A stretch of 64,000 bases of DNA from the IMG/VR virus record IMGVR_UViG_3300024270_002537; one strand, given 5' to 3'. The notes under the pieces are model-generated. The model worked only from the letters and a program-made list of their open reading frames with translations. It searched no databases and was not told the DNA's origin. Source of the stretch: an uncultured virus (IMG/VR IMGVR_UViG_3300024270_002537). Lineage: Duplodnaviria > Heunggongvirae > Uroviricota > Caudoviricetes. Within the stretch, counting starts at the first letter, position 1. Each line of letters begins with the position of its first letter. Positions 48,048-58,920 of the stretch are shown here, one piece after another. The position numbers and the translations under genes are program-made.

Positions 48048-48821
48048 ATGTTTAAGTTTAATATTAGGAAGATTTCAAAAGAAGATGCCCTGAAGATGAT
48101 TCAGAAATATCATTATTCCAATACTCTTCCGAAGATAAATAAATATTTTCTGGGATTCTTTCTGGATAAGGAGTTGGTCGGTGTGGTTACACTTGGATGG
48201 GGCACAAGACCACGACACACCATACAGAGAATTTTTCCGAGTCTGGATACAAAAGATTATCTGGAGATTGGACGAATGTGTATGACGGAAGAGATGCCAC
48301 GAAACAGTGAATCACAGATGTTATCACAACTTGTGAAATGGATTCACAGGAATCTTCCAGAATTGAAGATATTATTTACCTGGGCAGATGGAATGGTTGG
48401 CAAGGTTGGATATGTGTATCAGGCATCTAATTTTATTTATGCCGGATATTCTGATGGGGAAATGTACATGAAAGACGGTGTGAAGATACATGTCCGTCAG
48501 ATGAAATCTATTCTGGTGCCGAGTGGACAGAAGGATAGCCGGATTACGGTAAGACCGACAACGGAACAGATGAAGAAATATGGCATTCTTCATTTTAAAG
48601 GGAAACAGTATAGATACCTGTTGTTTCTGTGCGACAGGAAAGAAAAACAGAAATTGATGGATGAATGTCTGATTGATTTAGAACTTCCCAGACCAAAGGA
48701 TAATGATTTGTCTTGGAGGATTAAAGATGCGGAAACAGGGAAGTGGGTGGATTGTGACAAACCACCATATGTAACAGATGTAGATCAGAAGACAAAAGGT
48801 CTTGTGAATCTTAGAGAATAG
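48048..48821 (+). CDS. Mom-family (GNAT-fold) DNA adenine modification protein
   Basis: IQKYHYS, LEIGRM....PRNSES, TWADG..GKVGYVYQASNFIY. Confidence 0.75.
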   Translation: MFKFNIRKISKEDALKMIQKYHYSNTLPKINKYFLGFFLDKELVGVVTLGWGTRPRHTIQRIFPSLDTKDYLEIGRMCMTEEMPRNSESQMLSQLVKWIHRNLPELKILFTWADGMVGKVGYVYQASNFIYAGYSDGEMYMKDGVKIHVRQMKSILVPSGQKDSRITVRPTTEQMKKYGILHFKGKQYRYLLFLCDRKEKQKLMDECLIDLELPRPKDNDLSWRIKDAETGKWVDCDKPPYVTDVDQKTKGLVNLRE

Positions 48822-48884
48822 ATAGATTTGACGGAGCAGAAATGCTTCTTTTTTTGTGCTTGAAAATGGGAGGTGAGAGGATAA

Positions 48885-51554
48885 ATGGCAAGCAGAATAC
48901 AGGGTATTACCGTGGAAATCGGTGGCGATACCACGAAACTTACAACAGCATTAAAGGGTGTAAACAGTGAAATCCGTAATACCCAGTCACAGCTTCGTGA
49001 TGTGGAGAAGTTGCTGAAATTAGATCCGGGCAATACGGAACTCTTATCCCAGAAGCAGAGATTACTGAATGAAGAGGTTCAGGCGACAAAGGAAAAACTG
49101 GAAGCCTTAAAGACTGCCAGTGAACAGGCCAATGCCGCATTAGAACAGGGAACAATAAGCAAAGACCAGTACGATGCACTCCAGAGGGAAATCATTGCCA
49201 CAGAGCAAGCACTGGAAGATTTGGAAGAACAGGCAGAGCAGTCAGCGGTGGCATTACAGAAGATTGCCAATGCCGGAGAGTCTTTGAAGTCTGCCGGGGA
49301 TAAGGTCACGGATGTGGGTAAGAAGATGTCCGTTGTATCCGCCGGTATTGTGGCAGCGGGTACAGCCAGTACAAAGGCGGCACTGGATTTTGAGGATGCA
49401 ATGGCAAAGGTATCTACCATTGCGGATGCTACGGAAGTTCCGATTGATGAACTGGAAAAGGCTATCTTGGATTTGTCCAACCAGACCGGTATCAGTTCCA
49501 CGGAGATTGCGGATAACGTGTACAATGCCATTTCCGCAGGACAGTCCACAGGGGATGCGGTCAATTTTGTTTCCAATTCTACCAAACTTGCGAAAGCCGG
49601 TTTTGCAGAAGCGGGAGATGCGCTGGATATTCTGACCACCATTTTGAATGCCTATGGCATGGAGGCAAGTGAGGTAACCAATGTGTCTGATATGCTTATC
49701 CAGACACAGAACTTAGGTAAGACTACGGTTGCGGAATTATCTGCTGCAATGGGTAAGGTCATTCCGACTGCCAATGCCTATGGGGTACAGTTAGACCAGC
49801 TTTGTGCCGGTTATGCCATTATGACTGCAAACGGTGTTGCCACGGCAGAATCCACAACCTATATGAACTCCATGCTGAATGAACTTGGGAAGTCTGGTAC
49901 AAAAGTATCGGATATTCTGAAAGAGAAGACAGGAAGTTCTTTTGCAGAATTGATGAACAGCGGTTACAGCTTATCAGACTGCTTGGCAATCATTGGGGAT
50001 GCGGCTACGGAACAGGGGCTTGCCTTTGGTGATATGTGGTCAAGTTCCGAGGCGGCAAAAGCAGGTCTTATCTTACTGGGAGACAGTGCAGAAACCTTTA
50101 ATGGAACTTTGGCTGAAATGCAGAACAGTACCGGTGCAACGGATACCGCATTTGAGAAATTAAAGACCAATTCCTATACCATTCAGGTGGCAATCAATCA
50201 GCTTAAGAATACGGCGATTGAGTTGGGGAATGCGATTATGTCGGTGCTGGCACCGCTTCTGATGTCTCTGGCAGAAACGATTTCCAAACTGACCGCATGG
50301 TTTTCCGGACTGAGTGATGGAACAAAGCGGTTCATTGTCATCATAGGAATGATGGTTGCGGCGGTTGGTCCCGTACTGATTATTGTGGGCAAGATTATGA
50401 GTGCAGTTGGTACGATCATGACGGTGGTACCGAAACTTGCCGGAGTGATCAATACAGTAAAGACAGCTTTTGCAGCACTCAACACAACCATGCTTGCCAA
50501 TCCGATATTCCTGATTATTGCATCCATTACCGCACTGGTAGCGGCTTTTATTTATCTGTGGAATACCAATGAGGATTTCAGGCAGTTTTGGATTGATTTG
50601 TGGGAGAACATCAAAGAGGTTGCCATTGCGGTGTGGACTGCGATTAAAGAGTTTTTTGTCTCTGCATGGGAAGCAATCAGCAATGCCGCCCAGACCATTT
50701 GGAACGGAATCAAGAATTTCTTCTCTGCAATCTGGGAGGGCATCAAAACCATATTTACCACAGTGCTGAATGTGATCAGTACGATAGTGACCACTTATTT
50801 CAATATCTATAAAACGATTGTGACAACCGTGTTCAATGCCATCAAAACCGTAATTACTACGGTTCTGAATGCAATAAAGACGGTCATCACAACGGTATGG
50901 AATACGATTAAGAATGTGTTTACTACGGTATTGAACACCATCAAGTCAGTGGTTTCCGGTGCATTCAATTCTATGTGGAATGGAATTAAAAATACAGTGT
51001 CGAAGATTGTCGAAAGCATCAAGACAGGATTTAACAATGCTGTCAGCTTCATCAAGAATCTGGCATCTTCCGCATTCCAGTGGGGAGCAGATATTATTCA
51101 GGGTATTGTGAATGGTATTAAGAGTTGCATTGGAAAGGTAAAAGATGCGGTAACGAATGTGGCGGAAACAATCCGTTCTTTCTTGCATTTCTCTGTTCCG
51201 GATAAAGGACCACTTACAGATTATGAAAGTTGGATGCCTGACTTTATGAGTGGTCTGGCAAAGGGAATTGAACAGAGTAAAAATATGGTAGCAAAAGCTG
51301 TGGAGGGTGTTGCATCAGACATGGTTATCAGCCCACAGATGGCGGTAGCCGGATATGGCGCAGATATGAACATGAAAGCGACATCAGCAACAGAAAGCAT
51401 TAGTGGAATCACATCTGCCATTACTGAGGCACTTAGCCAGATGAATGGACAGAATGGAGACATTGTAATTCCAATCTATCTGGGCGGAACCATGCTTGAT
51501 GAAGTAATTGTGGATGCCCAGCAGAGAATGAATTTAAGAAGTGGAGGAAGATAA
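48885..51554 (+). CDS. tail tape measure protein (TP901-like)
   Basis: IQGITVEIGGDT, 11-residue W/F repeats (VITTVLNAIKT), LHFSVPDKGPL. Confidence 0.93.
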   Translation: MASRIQGITVEIGGDTTKLTTALKGVNSEIRNTQSQLRDVEKLLKLDPGNTELLSQKQRLLNEEVQATKEKLEALKTASEQANAALEQGTISKDQYDALQREIIATEQALEDLEEQAEQSAVALQKIANAGESLKSAGDKVTDVGKKMSVVSAGIVAAGTASTKAALDFEDAMAKVSTIADATEVPIDELEKAILDLSNQTGISSTEIADNVYNAISAGQSTGDAVNFVSNSTKLAKAGFAEAGDALDILTTILNAYGMEASEVTNVSDMLIQTQNLGKTTVAELSAAMGKVIPTANAYGVQLDQLCAGYAIMTANGVATAESTTYMNSMLNELGKSGTKVSDILKEKTGSSFAELMNSGYSLSDCLAIIGDAATEQGLAFGDMWSSSEAAKAGLILLGDSAETFNGTLAEMQNSTGATDTAFEKLKTNSYTIQVAINQLKNTAIELGNAIMSVLAPLLMSLAETISKLTAWFSGLSDGTKRFIVIIGMMVAAVGPVLIIVGKIMSAVGTIMTVVPKLAGVINTVKTAFAALNTTMLANPIFLIIASITALVAAFIYLWNTNEDFRQFWIDLWENIKEVAIAVWTAIKEFFVSAWEAISNAAQTIWNGIKNFFSAIWEGIKTIFTTVLNVISTIVTTYFNIYKTIVTTVFNAIKTVITTVLNAIKTVITTVWNTIKNVFTTVLNTIKSVVSGAFNSMWNGIKNTVSKIVESIKTGFNNAVSFIKNLASSAFQWGADIIQGIVNGIKSCIGKVKDAVTNVAETIRSFLHFSVPDKGPLTDYESWMPDFMSGLAKGIEQSKNMVAKAVEGVASDMVISPQMAVAGYGADMNMKATSATESISGITSAITEALSQMNGQNGDIVIPIYLGGTMLDEVIVDAQQRMNLRSGGR

Positions 51555-51555
51555 G

Positions 51556-51918
51556 ATGGCATTTTTTGAATACTTGAAATTTGACGGAACTGTCCTTCCT
51601 CTGCCGGATTCTTATGATGTGTCTTTGTCGGCGGTGGAAGCAGACAGCAGTGGGGAGACAGAAGCGGGAACCACACAGAGGGATGTTGTCCGTCAGGGTG
51701 TGGTGAACATTTCTGTCTCTTTTTCTGTGACAGCCAAATGGCTGAAAGCACTGACTGCCTATTCCAAACAGGATAAGTTGTCGGTGGACTATTTTGATAC
51801 AGAGACAGCAGACATGAAGAATACAGAGATGTATGTTGAGGGATTTAAGGCAAAATTGGAAAAGGATACATCCTACAGGGGATTGTGGACGGTATCCTTT
51901 ACCTTGAAAGAATTATAG
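51556..51918 (+). CDS. distal-tail-like protein
   Basis: Position after the tape measure gene, ETEAGTTQRDVVR. Confidence 0.65.
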   Translation: MAFFEYLKFDGTVLPLPDSYDVSLSAVEADSSGETEAGTTQRDVVRQGVVNISVSFSVTAKWLKALTAYSKQDKLSVDYFDTETADMKNTEMYVEGFKAKLEKDTSYRGLWTVSFTLKEL

Positions 51919-51933
51919 GAAGGCGGTGTTTGA

Positions 51934-53832
51934 ATGTACCCAGTAAGTGAAGCGTTCCTGTCAGCGGTACAGGAGAACACAAGGAGATATTACTGGACGG
52001 GAAAGATTACCACGAAAGCTGGCGTGGTACATGAGTTTTCCGAAAAAGAGATTGTAAAAGGAAGCGGATATATTTCTGCTCAGTGCTGTGGCAGTACGGA
52101 AATGGAACTTGGTACGGTGTATGCATCGGAAATGGGGATTACCTTATTTTTGGATGTGGACAGGTACACATTGGAAGATGCATTGGTGGAATTGTTCTAT
52201 CATTTGGAATTGAATGATGGCACATGGGAAGAAGTACCGATGGGGATTTTTGAAATCAGTGAAGCAAACCGGAAAATCAAGTGTCTGGAGATAAAGGCGT
52301 ATGATTACATGCTCCGATTTGATGAGACATTCAATGGTTTTGAGACGGTTGGCAACGCTTATGATTTTATGGAACTTTGCAGTAAAGCGTGTCATGTGGA
52401 ACTTGCCCAGACAAGGGAAGAAATAGAAGCAATGCCGAATGGAGCAGAGGTGCTTTCTGTTTATACGGAAAACGACATTGAAACTTACCGTGACATGCTC
52501 TATTACATTGGACAGGTGCTTGGTGGATTTTTCTGTATCAACAGATTTGGGAAACTGGAACTACGAAAGTACGGTGCGGAGCCGGTCATGGAGATTGGCA
52601 GCAGACACAGATTCACTTCCAGTTTTTCTGATTTCATTACCAGATATACAGCGGTAAGTTCCACGAATTTAAAAACGGAGATGGCAGAGTATTATGCACT
52701 GGAGCCGGATGATGGTCTTACCATGAATCTGGGGACAAATCCTCTGTTACAGTTTGGTGTGGATGAGACCAGAAAGGAACTTTGCACCAATATCCTGAAT
52801 GACCTTGCAGTTATCAATTATGTGCCATTTGATTCAGAAACCATTGGCAATCCGGCATTAGACCTTGGGGATGTACTGAAATTTTCAGGAGGTCATGCAG
52901 ACGGGGCAGAGTTATCTGCGGTGATGTCCATGCAGATAAAGATTGGTGGGAAACAGACACTAAAAGGTGTCGGCAAAAATCCGAGACTGGCAAGGGCAAA
53001 GAGTAAGAATGACAAGAATATTTCCGGACTTCTGAATCAGATTGAAGAAAACAAGACAGCGGGGAAGATTGGCATCCATACTTTTACCAATGCCAGTGCT
53101 TTTTCCATTTTGGATACAGATACAAAGATTATTTCCATTGAATTTGCCACCAGTGAGGAAGTCATGGCACAGTTCTTTGGGTCGGTAATTGTGGATGTGA
53201 AAGCAGATCCTGTGGAAAAAAGCGTGACAGCAAAGACCAGTCTGGTGATACCGGCTGTGGATGTAACAGCAGTTGTTACACAGACCGAGGGCGAAGAAAC
53301 AGAAGAGGGTACAACGGAAGAAGGTACAGAGCCAGATGTGATTGGAAACACGAAAGAGCAGACAATAGAATTGGAAGTGCCTGTGGCATGGAATGAGGAT
53401 GGTATGGCAGTTGCCCATTTTATATTTGAGTTCAATGATGTGGTTATTGACATCCATCAGCCGAAAGAAACCTGGCATTCCGGCAGACACACCATCATGT
53501 TATATTATCCCATTGACCATGTGATTGCCAATTACAGGAATATTTTTAATGTTTACATGAGGATGGAAGGCGGCACCGGGAACGTGGAGACAGGAAATTG
53601 TCTGGCAGCCATTACCGGACAGTCTATGGGAGCCGGAGAAGCATGGGATGGAGAAATCAGGATTGAAGAAAAGATTACTGCATTTTCTGTGGGAACGGTT
53701 ACAAAGGCAGTTGGTCTTAGCGATAGTGTCAGCTTCAAGATTGATGAAACTATGAGAAGGGCATACGCAGATGTGCTTACGGAAAGAATTAAAATCGGTG
53801 CTTTTGCAATGCCGATAGAAACGGAGGGCTAA
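51934..53832 (+). CDS. tail tip / baseplate hub protein
   Basis: MYPVSEAF, IKAYDYM, GNPALDLGD. Confidence 0.75.
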   Translation: MYPVSEAFLSAVQENTRRYYWTGKITTKAGVVHEFSEKEIVKGSGYISAQCCGSTEMELGTVYASEMGITLFLDVDRYTLEDALVELFYHLELNDGTWEEVPMGIFEISEANRKIKCLEIKAYDYMLRFDETFNGFETVGNAYDFMELCSKACHVELAQTREEIEAMPNGAEVLSVYTENDIETYRDMLYYIGQVLGGFFCINRFGKLELRKYGAEPVMEIGSRHRFTSSFSDFITRYTAVSSTNLKTEMAEYYALEPDDGLTMNLGTNPLLQFGVDETRKELCTNILNDLAVINYVPFDSETIGNPALDLGDVLKFSGGHADGAELSAVMSMQIKIGGKQTLKGVGKNPRLARAKSKNDKNISGLLNQIEENKTAGKIGIHTFTNASAFSILDTDTKIISIEFATSEEVMAQFFGSVIVDVKADPVEKSVTAKTSLVIPAVDVTAVVTQTEGEETEEGTTEEGTEPDVIGNTKEQTIELEVPVAWNEDGMAVAHFIFEFNDVVIDIHQPKETWHSGRHTIMLYYPIDHVIANYRNIFNVYMRMEGGTGNVETGNCLAAITGQSMGAGEAWDGEIRIEEKITAFSVGTVTKAVGLSDSVSFKIDETMRRAYADVLTERIKIGAFAMPIETEG

Positions 53833-55230
53833 ATGAAGTTAAAAGGAACTATGGTATTGGAACTGACCGATACGAATACAGGAGAAGTGGAGCGTGTGGA
53901 AGAAACCAACATGCTTACCAATGCGGTAAACCATATTTTGGGGTTAAACCCGATGGGGATTTTTTATGCCGCCAGTGGTGAATATGATGAACATGTGCTG
54001 TGGAATGATGTACTTCTGCCGATCTGTCCGAACATGATCGGCGGCATTCTTCTTTATTCCGAAAGACTGGAGGAAGATGTGGAAAATATTTATCCGTCCA
54101 CAGCAAAGCTGCCGGTGGCATATGCCAGTAATGATGTCAATGCGACTGCCAGTGTGGCAAGGGGCAGCATGAACCTGACGGAGAGTAAGGTGCTGGATAA
54201 CGGGTATCGTTTTGTCTGGGAGTTTACACCGAGTCAGGGAAATGGAACGATTGTAGCGGTGGCACTGACTTCTGCCCTGGGTGGAAAGAATGTCTATGGA
54301 GATCTGGAAGGCTCGGCAGATGCATTTCTTGTGCTTAAGAGGGTAACACTGGATGCTATGGAAAAAGAAGAAATGGCAAGTATCTACAGTGCCGTGGAGG
54401 TGGATTTTGAAAATAATGTAATGTACAGTATCCGTTTTCAGGATGCATCCGTCATTGTCCGTAAGAAAAAACTTCCGGTGTTTACGTTGGGCATCAATGA
54501 CAGGCTGAATGACATGACCTGTACGCTGATTGAAGAAAAGGTTATTACTTGTAAGACCTTTGCTTTTCTTGGAACTTATACTCCATACGGAAATTTCTTT
54601 GATGGTCATGACGGATACTGGTATGGATTTGCCAATCAGGGTAATTCTTCCGGTGATGCTACCATGTACTGGATTAAGATTAAAAAAGATGATTATTCCA
54701 TTACGGAAAGTGTATGGACATTATCCAATGCACACTTACAGGCTGTGGGAAGTTTTAAGGTGGATACTTATGTGGAAAGGACAAACAGGGGTGTCATCCG
54801 AAATGGTTATCTGTATGTTCCGGCTTATGAACTTACCGGAATTTATAAGATCAATCTGAATAATTCAGCGGATGTGACTTTTATTGATTTTGGTTTTACA
54901 TCAGCCGGGACAGCGTTGTCCGGTTCCAGTACCGCTGCAACATATATTGTATTGGTAAATGACCTGATTATCGGTTGGGATTATCAGATTAAGCCGGATG
55001 ATACAGTGATACAGACAGCCGGAAGTAAGAGATTTCTTTATGCTGGAACGCCGTTGTTCCAGTATAAGGAATTTGTGACTACATGGGGCGGAAACTATGG
55101 TTCAGACTACCACAGTACATTTCTGGTGACTCCATATCTGGCAAGTATCAATAATCTGGATTCGGCGGTCATCAAAAATACGGATAAGACAATGAAGATT
55201 ACCTATGAATTGACAGAGGTAACAGAATAA
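53833..55230 (+). CDS. putative tail fibre/receptor-binding structural protein
   Basis: FVWEFTPSQGNGTI, KNTDKTMKITYEL, last tail gene. Confidence 0.65.
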   Translation: MKLKGTMVLELTDTNTGEVERVEETNMLTNAVNHILGLNPMGIFYAASGEYDEHVLWNDVLLPICPNMIGGILLYSERLEEDVENIYPSTAKLPVAYASNDVNATASVARGSMNLTESKVLDNGYRFVWEFTPSQGNGTIVAVALTSALGGKNVYGDLEGSADAFLVLKRVTLDAMEKEEMASIYSAVEVDFENNVMYSIRFQDASVIVRKKKLPVFTLGINDRLNDMTCTLIEEKVITCKTFAFLGTYTPYGNFFDGHDGYWYGFANQGNSSGDATMYWIKIKKDDYSITESVWTLSNAHLQAVGSFKVDTYVERTNRGVIRNGYLYVPAYELTGIYKINLNNSADVTFIDFGFTSAGTALSGSSTAATYIVLVNDLIIGWDYQIKPDDTVIQTAGSKRFLYAGTPLFQYKEFVTTWGGNYGSDYHSTFLVTPYLASINNLDSAVIKNTDKTMKITYELTEVTE

Positions 55231-55307
55231 TTTAATCACAGGGAGCTTTGGTAATGGTGCTAAAGCTCCTTTTCATATGCACAAAAAAGAAAGCGAGGTA
55301 AAAGGAT

Positions 55308-55736
55308 ATGAAAGAATTTTGGAATGTGATTCAGATGGTGTTCACTGCGGTGGGCGGATGGCTCGGCTATTTTCTGGGCGGTTATGATGGTCTGTTGTAT
55401 GCACTGGTTGTGTTTATGGTGGCGGACTATATCACAGGTGTCATGTGTGCAGTTTCCGATAAGAAGCTGTCCAGTGCTGTGGGATTCAAGGGTATCTGCA
55501 GGAAGGTACTGATTTTGATGTTAGTAGGCATTGCAAATCTTCTGGATGTGGAGGTCATTGGAACAGGTGCAGTATTAAGGACTGCGGTTATTTTCTTCTA
55601 TCTGTCCAATGAAGGTGTGTCCTTACTGGAAAATGCGGCACATCTTGGCTTGCCGATTCCGGAGAAGTTAAAGGCAATCCTGGCACAGCTCCATGACAGA
55701 GCAGAAGGGGATGGTGATGATAATGAAATTGGTTAA
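55308..55736 (+). CDS. phage holin (toxin-secretion/phage-lysis family)
   Basis: DYITG...LSSAVGFKGI..K, NEGVSLLENA. Confidence 0.92.
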   Translation: MKEFWNVIQMVFTAVGGWLGYFLGGYDGLLYALVVFMVADYITGVMCAVSDKKLSSAVGFKGICRKVLILMLVGIANLLDVEVIGTGAVLRTAVIFFYLSNEGVSLLENAAHLGLPIPEKLKAILAQLHDRAEGDGDDNEIG

Positions 55737-57225
55737 GAGTTTGCTGACAAGTAATCCGTGCTATAAAGCCGGAAAGAAGATTACAGTAAAGGGGCTTATG
55801 CTCCACAGCGTAGGGTGTCCTCAGCCGAGGGCATCCGTTTTTATTAACAGTTGGAATAGGGCAGATTATGACAATGCTTGTGTTCATGCATTCATTGATG
55901 GCAATGATGGAATTGTGTATCAGACCCTACCGTGGAATCACAGGGGTTGGCATGGTGGTGGTGCGTGCAACAATACCCATATCGGCGTGGAAATGTGCGA
56001 ACCGGCTTGTATCAAATATACCAACGGTTCAACATTTACCTGTTCCGACAAGGAGACTGCAAGGGCGGTTGCAAAGAGGACTTATGAAGCGGCTGTGGAA
56101 CTGTTTGCCATGCTTTGTAAGGAGTATGACCTCAATCCTCTGGCAGATGGTGTTATCATCAGCCATGCAGAAGGCCATAAACGTGGGATTGCAAGTAATC
56201 ATGGAGACCCAGAACATCTGTGGAGACAGCTTGGTATGGGATATACTATGGATGGATTCCGTAAGGATGTAAAAACTACCATGAAAGAAAAAGTGTTAGG
56301 AACACAGGCAACAGTATTTGCAAATCTTTCTGAAAAAGAAGTGATTGCAAAGGTAGGGGCACTGTTTACCGCTGATCAGAAGAAAAGCGGTATTTTGGCA
56401 TCTGTTTCTCTTGCTCAGTTCATCTTGGAAAGCGGATACGGCAAAAGTGAACTTGCCCAGAGTGCCAATAACTGTTTTGGCATGAAAAAATCTTTGTCCG
56501 GCAATACATGGAGTGGTTCAGTGTGGGATGGAAAGTCTGTGTACACAAAGCAGACGAAAGAGCAGAATCCGGATGGTTCTTATGAAACTATCACAGCAGA
56601 TTTCCGTAAATATGCATGCGTGGAGGATTCCATTGCAGACCACAGTGCTTATTTGCTTGGTGCCATGAATGGCAGTAAAAAGAGGTATGAGGGCATTGCC
56701 GGAATGACGGATTATAAGAAGGTTGTGCAGCTTATCAAGGATGGAGGGTATGCAACAAGCCTTACTTATGTGGAGAAACTGTGTTCCATTATCGAGAAGT
56801 GGAATCTGACACAGTATGATGTGAAAGAGACTGCTGCAGAACCGGAAAAGTGGTACAGAGTCCGTAAAACATGGGCAGATGCAAAGAGCCAGAAGGGTGC
56901 CTATAAAGTGCTGAAGAATGCGAAAGCATGTGCAGATAAGAATGATGGATATTCTGTTTATGACTGGAATGGCAATGTGGTGTATGCACCATCAAAAACA
57001 TCCGAGCCGGAGCAGAAAAAGGTTTCTTACCGTGTGCGTGTCAGCATCAAGAATCTGAATATCAGAAAAGGTCCTGGTACTCATTTTGCAAAGACGGGAG
57101 CATATACTGGAGTGGGTGTGTTTACTATTGTTGCAGAGAGTGTAGGGCTTGGTTCTGAAAAAGGATGGGGCAAGCTGAAAAGTGGTGCTGGATGGATTAG
57201 TTTGGACTATGCGAAGAGAATTTAA
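55723..57225 (+). CDS. endolysin (amidase-2 + glucosaminidase + cell-wall-binding/SH3)
   Basis: LMLHSVG, HAFID, SNHGDP; AQFILESGYG, NCFGMK, GYATS; LNIRKGPG, GAGWISL. Confidence 0.92.
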   Translation: MKLVKSLLTSNPCYKAGKKITVKGLMLHSVGCPQPRASVFINSWNRADYDNACVHAFIDGNDGIVYQTLPWNHRGWHGGGACNNTHIGVEMCEPACIKYTNGSTFTCSDKETARAVAKRTYEAAVELFAMLCKEYDLNPLADGVIISHAEGHKRGIASNHGDPEHLWRQLGMGYTMDGFRKDVKTTMKEKVLGTQATVFANLSEKEVIAKVGALFTADQKKSGILASVSLAQFILESGYGKSELAQSANNCFGMKKSLSGNTWSGSVWDGKSVYTKQTKEQNPDGSYETITADFRKYACVEDSIADHSAYLLGAMNGSKKRYEGIAGMTDYKKVVQLIKDGGYATSLTYVEKLCSIIEKWNLTQYDVKETAAEPEKWYRVRKTWADAKSQKGAYKVLKNAKACADKNDGYSVYDWNGNVVYAPSKTSEPEQKKVSYRVRVSIKNLNIRKGPGTHFAKTGAYTGVGVFTIVAESVGLGSEKGWGKLKSGAGWISLDYAKRI

Positions 57226-57238
57226 GATGTTGTGGATT

Positions 57239-57278
57239 GACCTGTGGGTGCTGTTATGGTGCTCATAGGTCTTTTTTT
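57239..57278 (+). terminator. terminator after lysis genes
   Basis: GACCTGTGGG...CTCATAGGTC followed by T7. Confidence 0.75.
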
Positions 57279-57408
57279 ATTTCCAAAGGGCAAAATTTGC
57301 CCATTGGATTGCCCTTTGAAATTCCAGAGGGTTAATTTGATACTTTGAAAAAATGTGGAAGAGTATTATAATAAAGAAGAATACTATATGGAAGAATGTG
57401 AGATAGAT

Positions 57409-58365
57409 ATGAAAGTTGATATTTTAGACATACATAAGGCGTGTTTGGATTTGTTGTTGGAATGCCAGTTAAAAGATGATAATTTCTATTTTGTGCCTCG
57501 CAAGATCAATAATAAGAATAGGTTAGAACAAGGAATGTACTTCCGGGGAAATGAGAATTATTTAGTTCTTTCATTTTGGGATAGTGCGGACACAAAGGAA
57601 TTTATCTATAACATTAACTGGAGTTGTGATACTGATGGAGTATCTTCTATTGAATTGTCTTGCAGAGATAATGATGACGCACTTCCATATGTGATTGCAA
57701 TAAAGGAGTTAATAGAATTATCTGGGAAAAAATTCAAGGAAACAAAGAAAAATAGATGGAGATATTTTTACCCAGAAAAAGAACATTACCTTGATACTCT
57801 TCAAGATTTTATTGCTCATGAGAAAGCTATAATTGATGACTATTTGAAAAAGCACCCAGAAAGTGGTATTCCTCTTGCAAGTAGTGATACTAATGATAAA
57901 TATGTAAAAACGCTTCCGTGTTATACGCAGTACATGGATAGTGTCAAAAAAGCTAAGAAGACAGGCAGTGTTAAAGTTAAAGCATCGGAGTATATAATGT
58001 CATTGCAGCACAACGAACTGTCAAATGCAATGGTAGAATATCTTCAAAAGAATGGATATAAGAATGTCAAGGCTGAAGAAAATTTTGTTGATATCAAGTG
58101 TATCGATCCTGCAGGAAAAATGATATTTTTTGAGTTGAAGACTGCCCAGACAGTAAAGTCTGCCATCAGAGAAGCCCTTGGTCAGTTGTTGGAATATAAT
58201 CATTACCCTAATACAAAGAAAGCAGATAAACTGATAATAGTAACAAAGCATGAACCGGAGAAATCTGATGTTCAGTATTTGCTGGGACTTAGGATGGTGT
58301 ACAATATTCCTGTCTATTATCAGTATTTTGACATGGGTAAAAAAGAATTATCGAAAGAGTATTAG
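57409..58365 (+). CDS. hypothetical protein with C-terminal PD-(D/E)XK nuclease-like domain
   Basis: HNEL...VDIKC...FFELKT...IREALGQLLEY. Confidence 0.7.
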   Translation: MKVDILDIHKACLDLLLECQLKDDNFYFVPRKINNKNRLEQGMYFRGNENYLVLSFWDSADTKEFIYNINWSCDTDGVSSIELSCRDNDDALPYVIAIKELIELSGKKFKETKKNRWRYFYPEKEHYLDTLQDFIAHEKAIIDDYLKKHPESGIPLASSDTNDKYVKTLPCYTQYMDSVKKAKKTGSVKVKASEYIMSLQHNELSNAMVEYLQKNGYKNVKAEENFVDIKCIDPAGKMIFFELKTAQTVKSAIREALGQLLEYNHYPNTKKADKLIIVTKHEPEKSDVQYLLGLRMVYNIPVYYQYFDMGKKELSKEY

Positions 58366-58390
58366 TAAATAATGAAAAGGTGGAAAACTT

Positions 58391-58849
58391 ATGAACGAAT
58401 TTCATAAATCATCATCTCATATACAGATTCAGGCCGAAGAATTGATATTTGGAGAGGTTGAAAAGCTTCTTGATATAAAACTGGATAAGAACCCAAAAAT
58501 CTATTTGGCGGATAATGCATTTACTTATATTCAACCAGATTTTTATTCCGAAAAGGAAAATGTTATAGGAGAAATCTTCGCACATATAGGAAAGCCTAAA
58601 AAAGCTCAAGATAACAAGATTGCTAATGATGTTCTAAAAATGCTCTTGTTAGAAAAAATAACAGGAAAGAACTTTAGGAAAATCATTGCAGTATGTGATG
58701 TTTCCGAAAAGAAAAAGCTACAAGGTCAATCTGTTCTGGCCGAAAGCATTCGTCGGTTTGATATTGAAATCATACACATTGAGATTGACGACGACCTGAG
58801 AAAACAAATTGTAGAAGCCCAAGAACTACAAAAAATGATAAATGCATAA
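58391..58849 (+). CDS. hypothetical protein, PD-(D/E)XK-like fold
   Basis: IQPDFY....IGEIFAH...KIANDVLKM. Confidence 0.6.
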   Translation: MNEFHKSSSHIQIQAEELIFGEVEKLLDIKLDKNPKIYLADNAFTYIQPDFYSEKENVIGEIFAHIGKPKKAQDNKIANDVLKMLLLEKITGKNFRKIIAVCDVSEKKKLQGQSVLAESIRRFDIEIIHIEIDDDLRKQIVEAQELQKMINA

Positions 58850-58877
58850 TTCAGAATATAATGAAGAATATTAGCGT

Positions 58878-58915
58878 GAACCGATTGGTGTAATAGCCAG
58901 TCGGTTTATTTTTTT
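58878..58915 (+). terminator. intrinsic terminator
   Basis: GAACCGATTGG...CCAGTCGGTTT followed by a T run. Confidence 0.7.
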
Positions 58916-58920
58916 ATATG

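Noticed and set aside
50600..51060. Tandem ~33-bp periodicity
   Set aside because: Ordinary 11-residue tape measure protein repeats, not an array.
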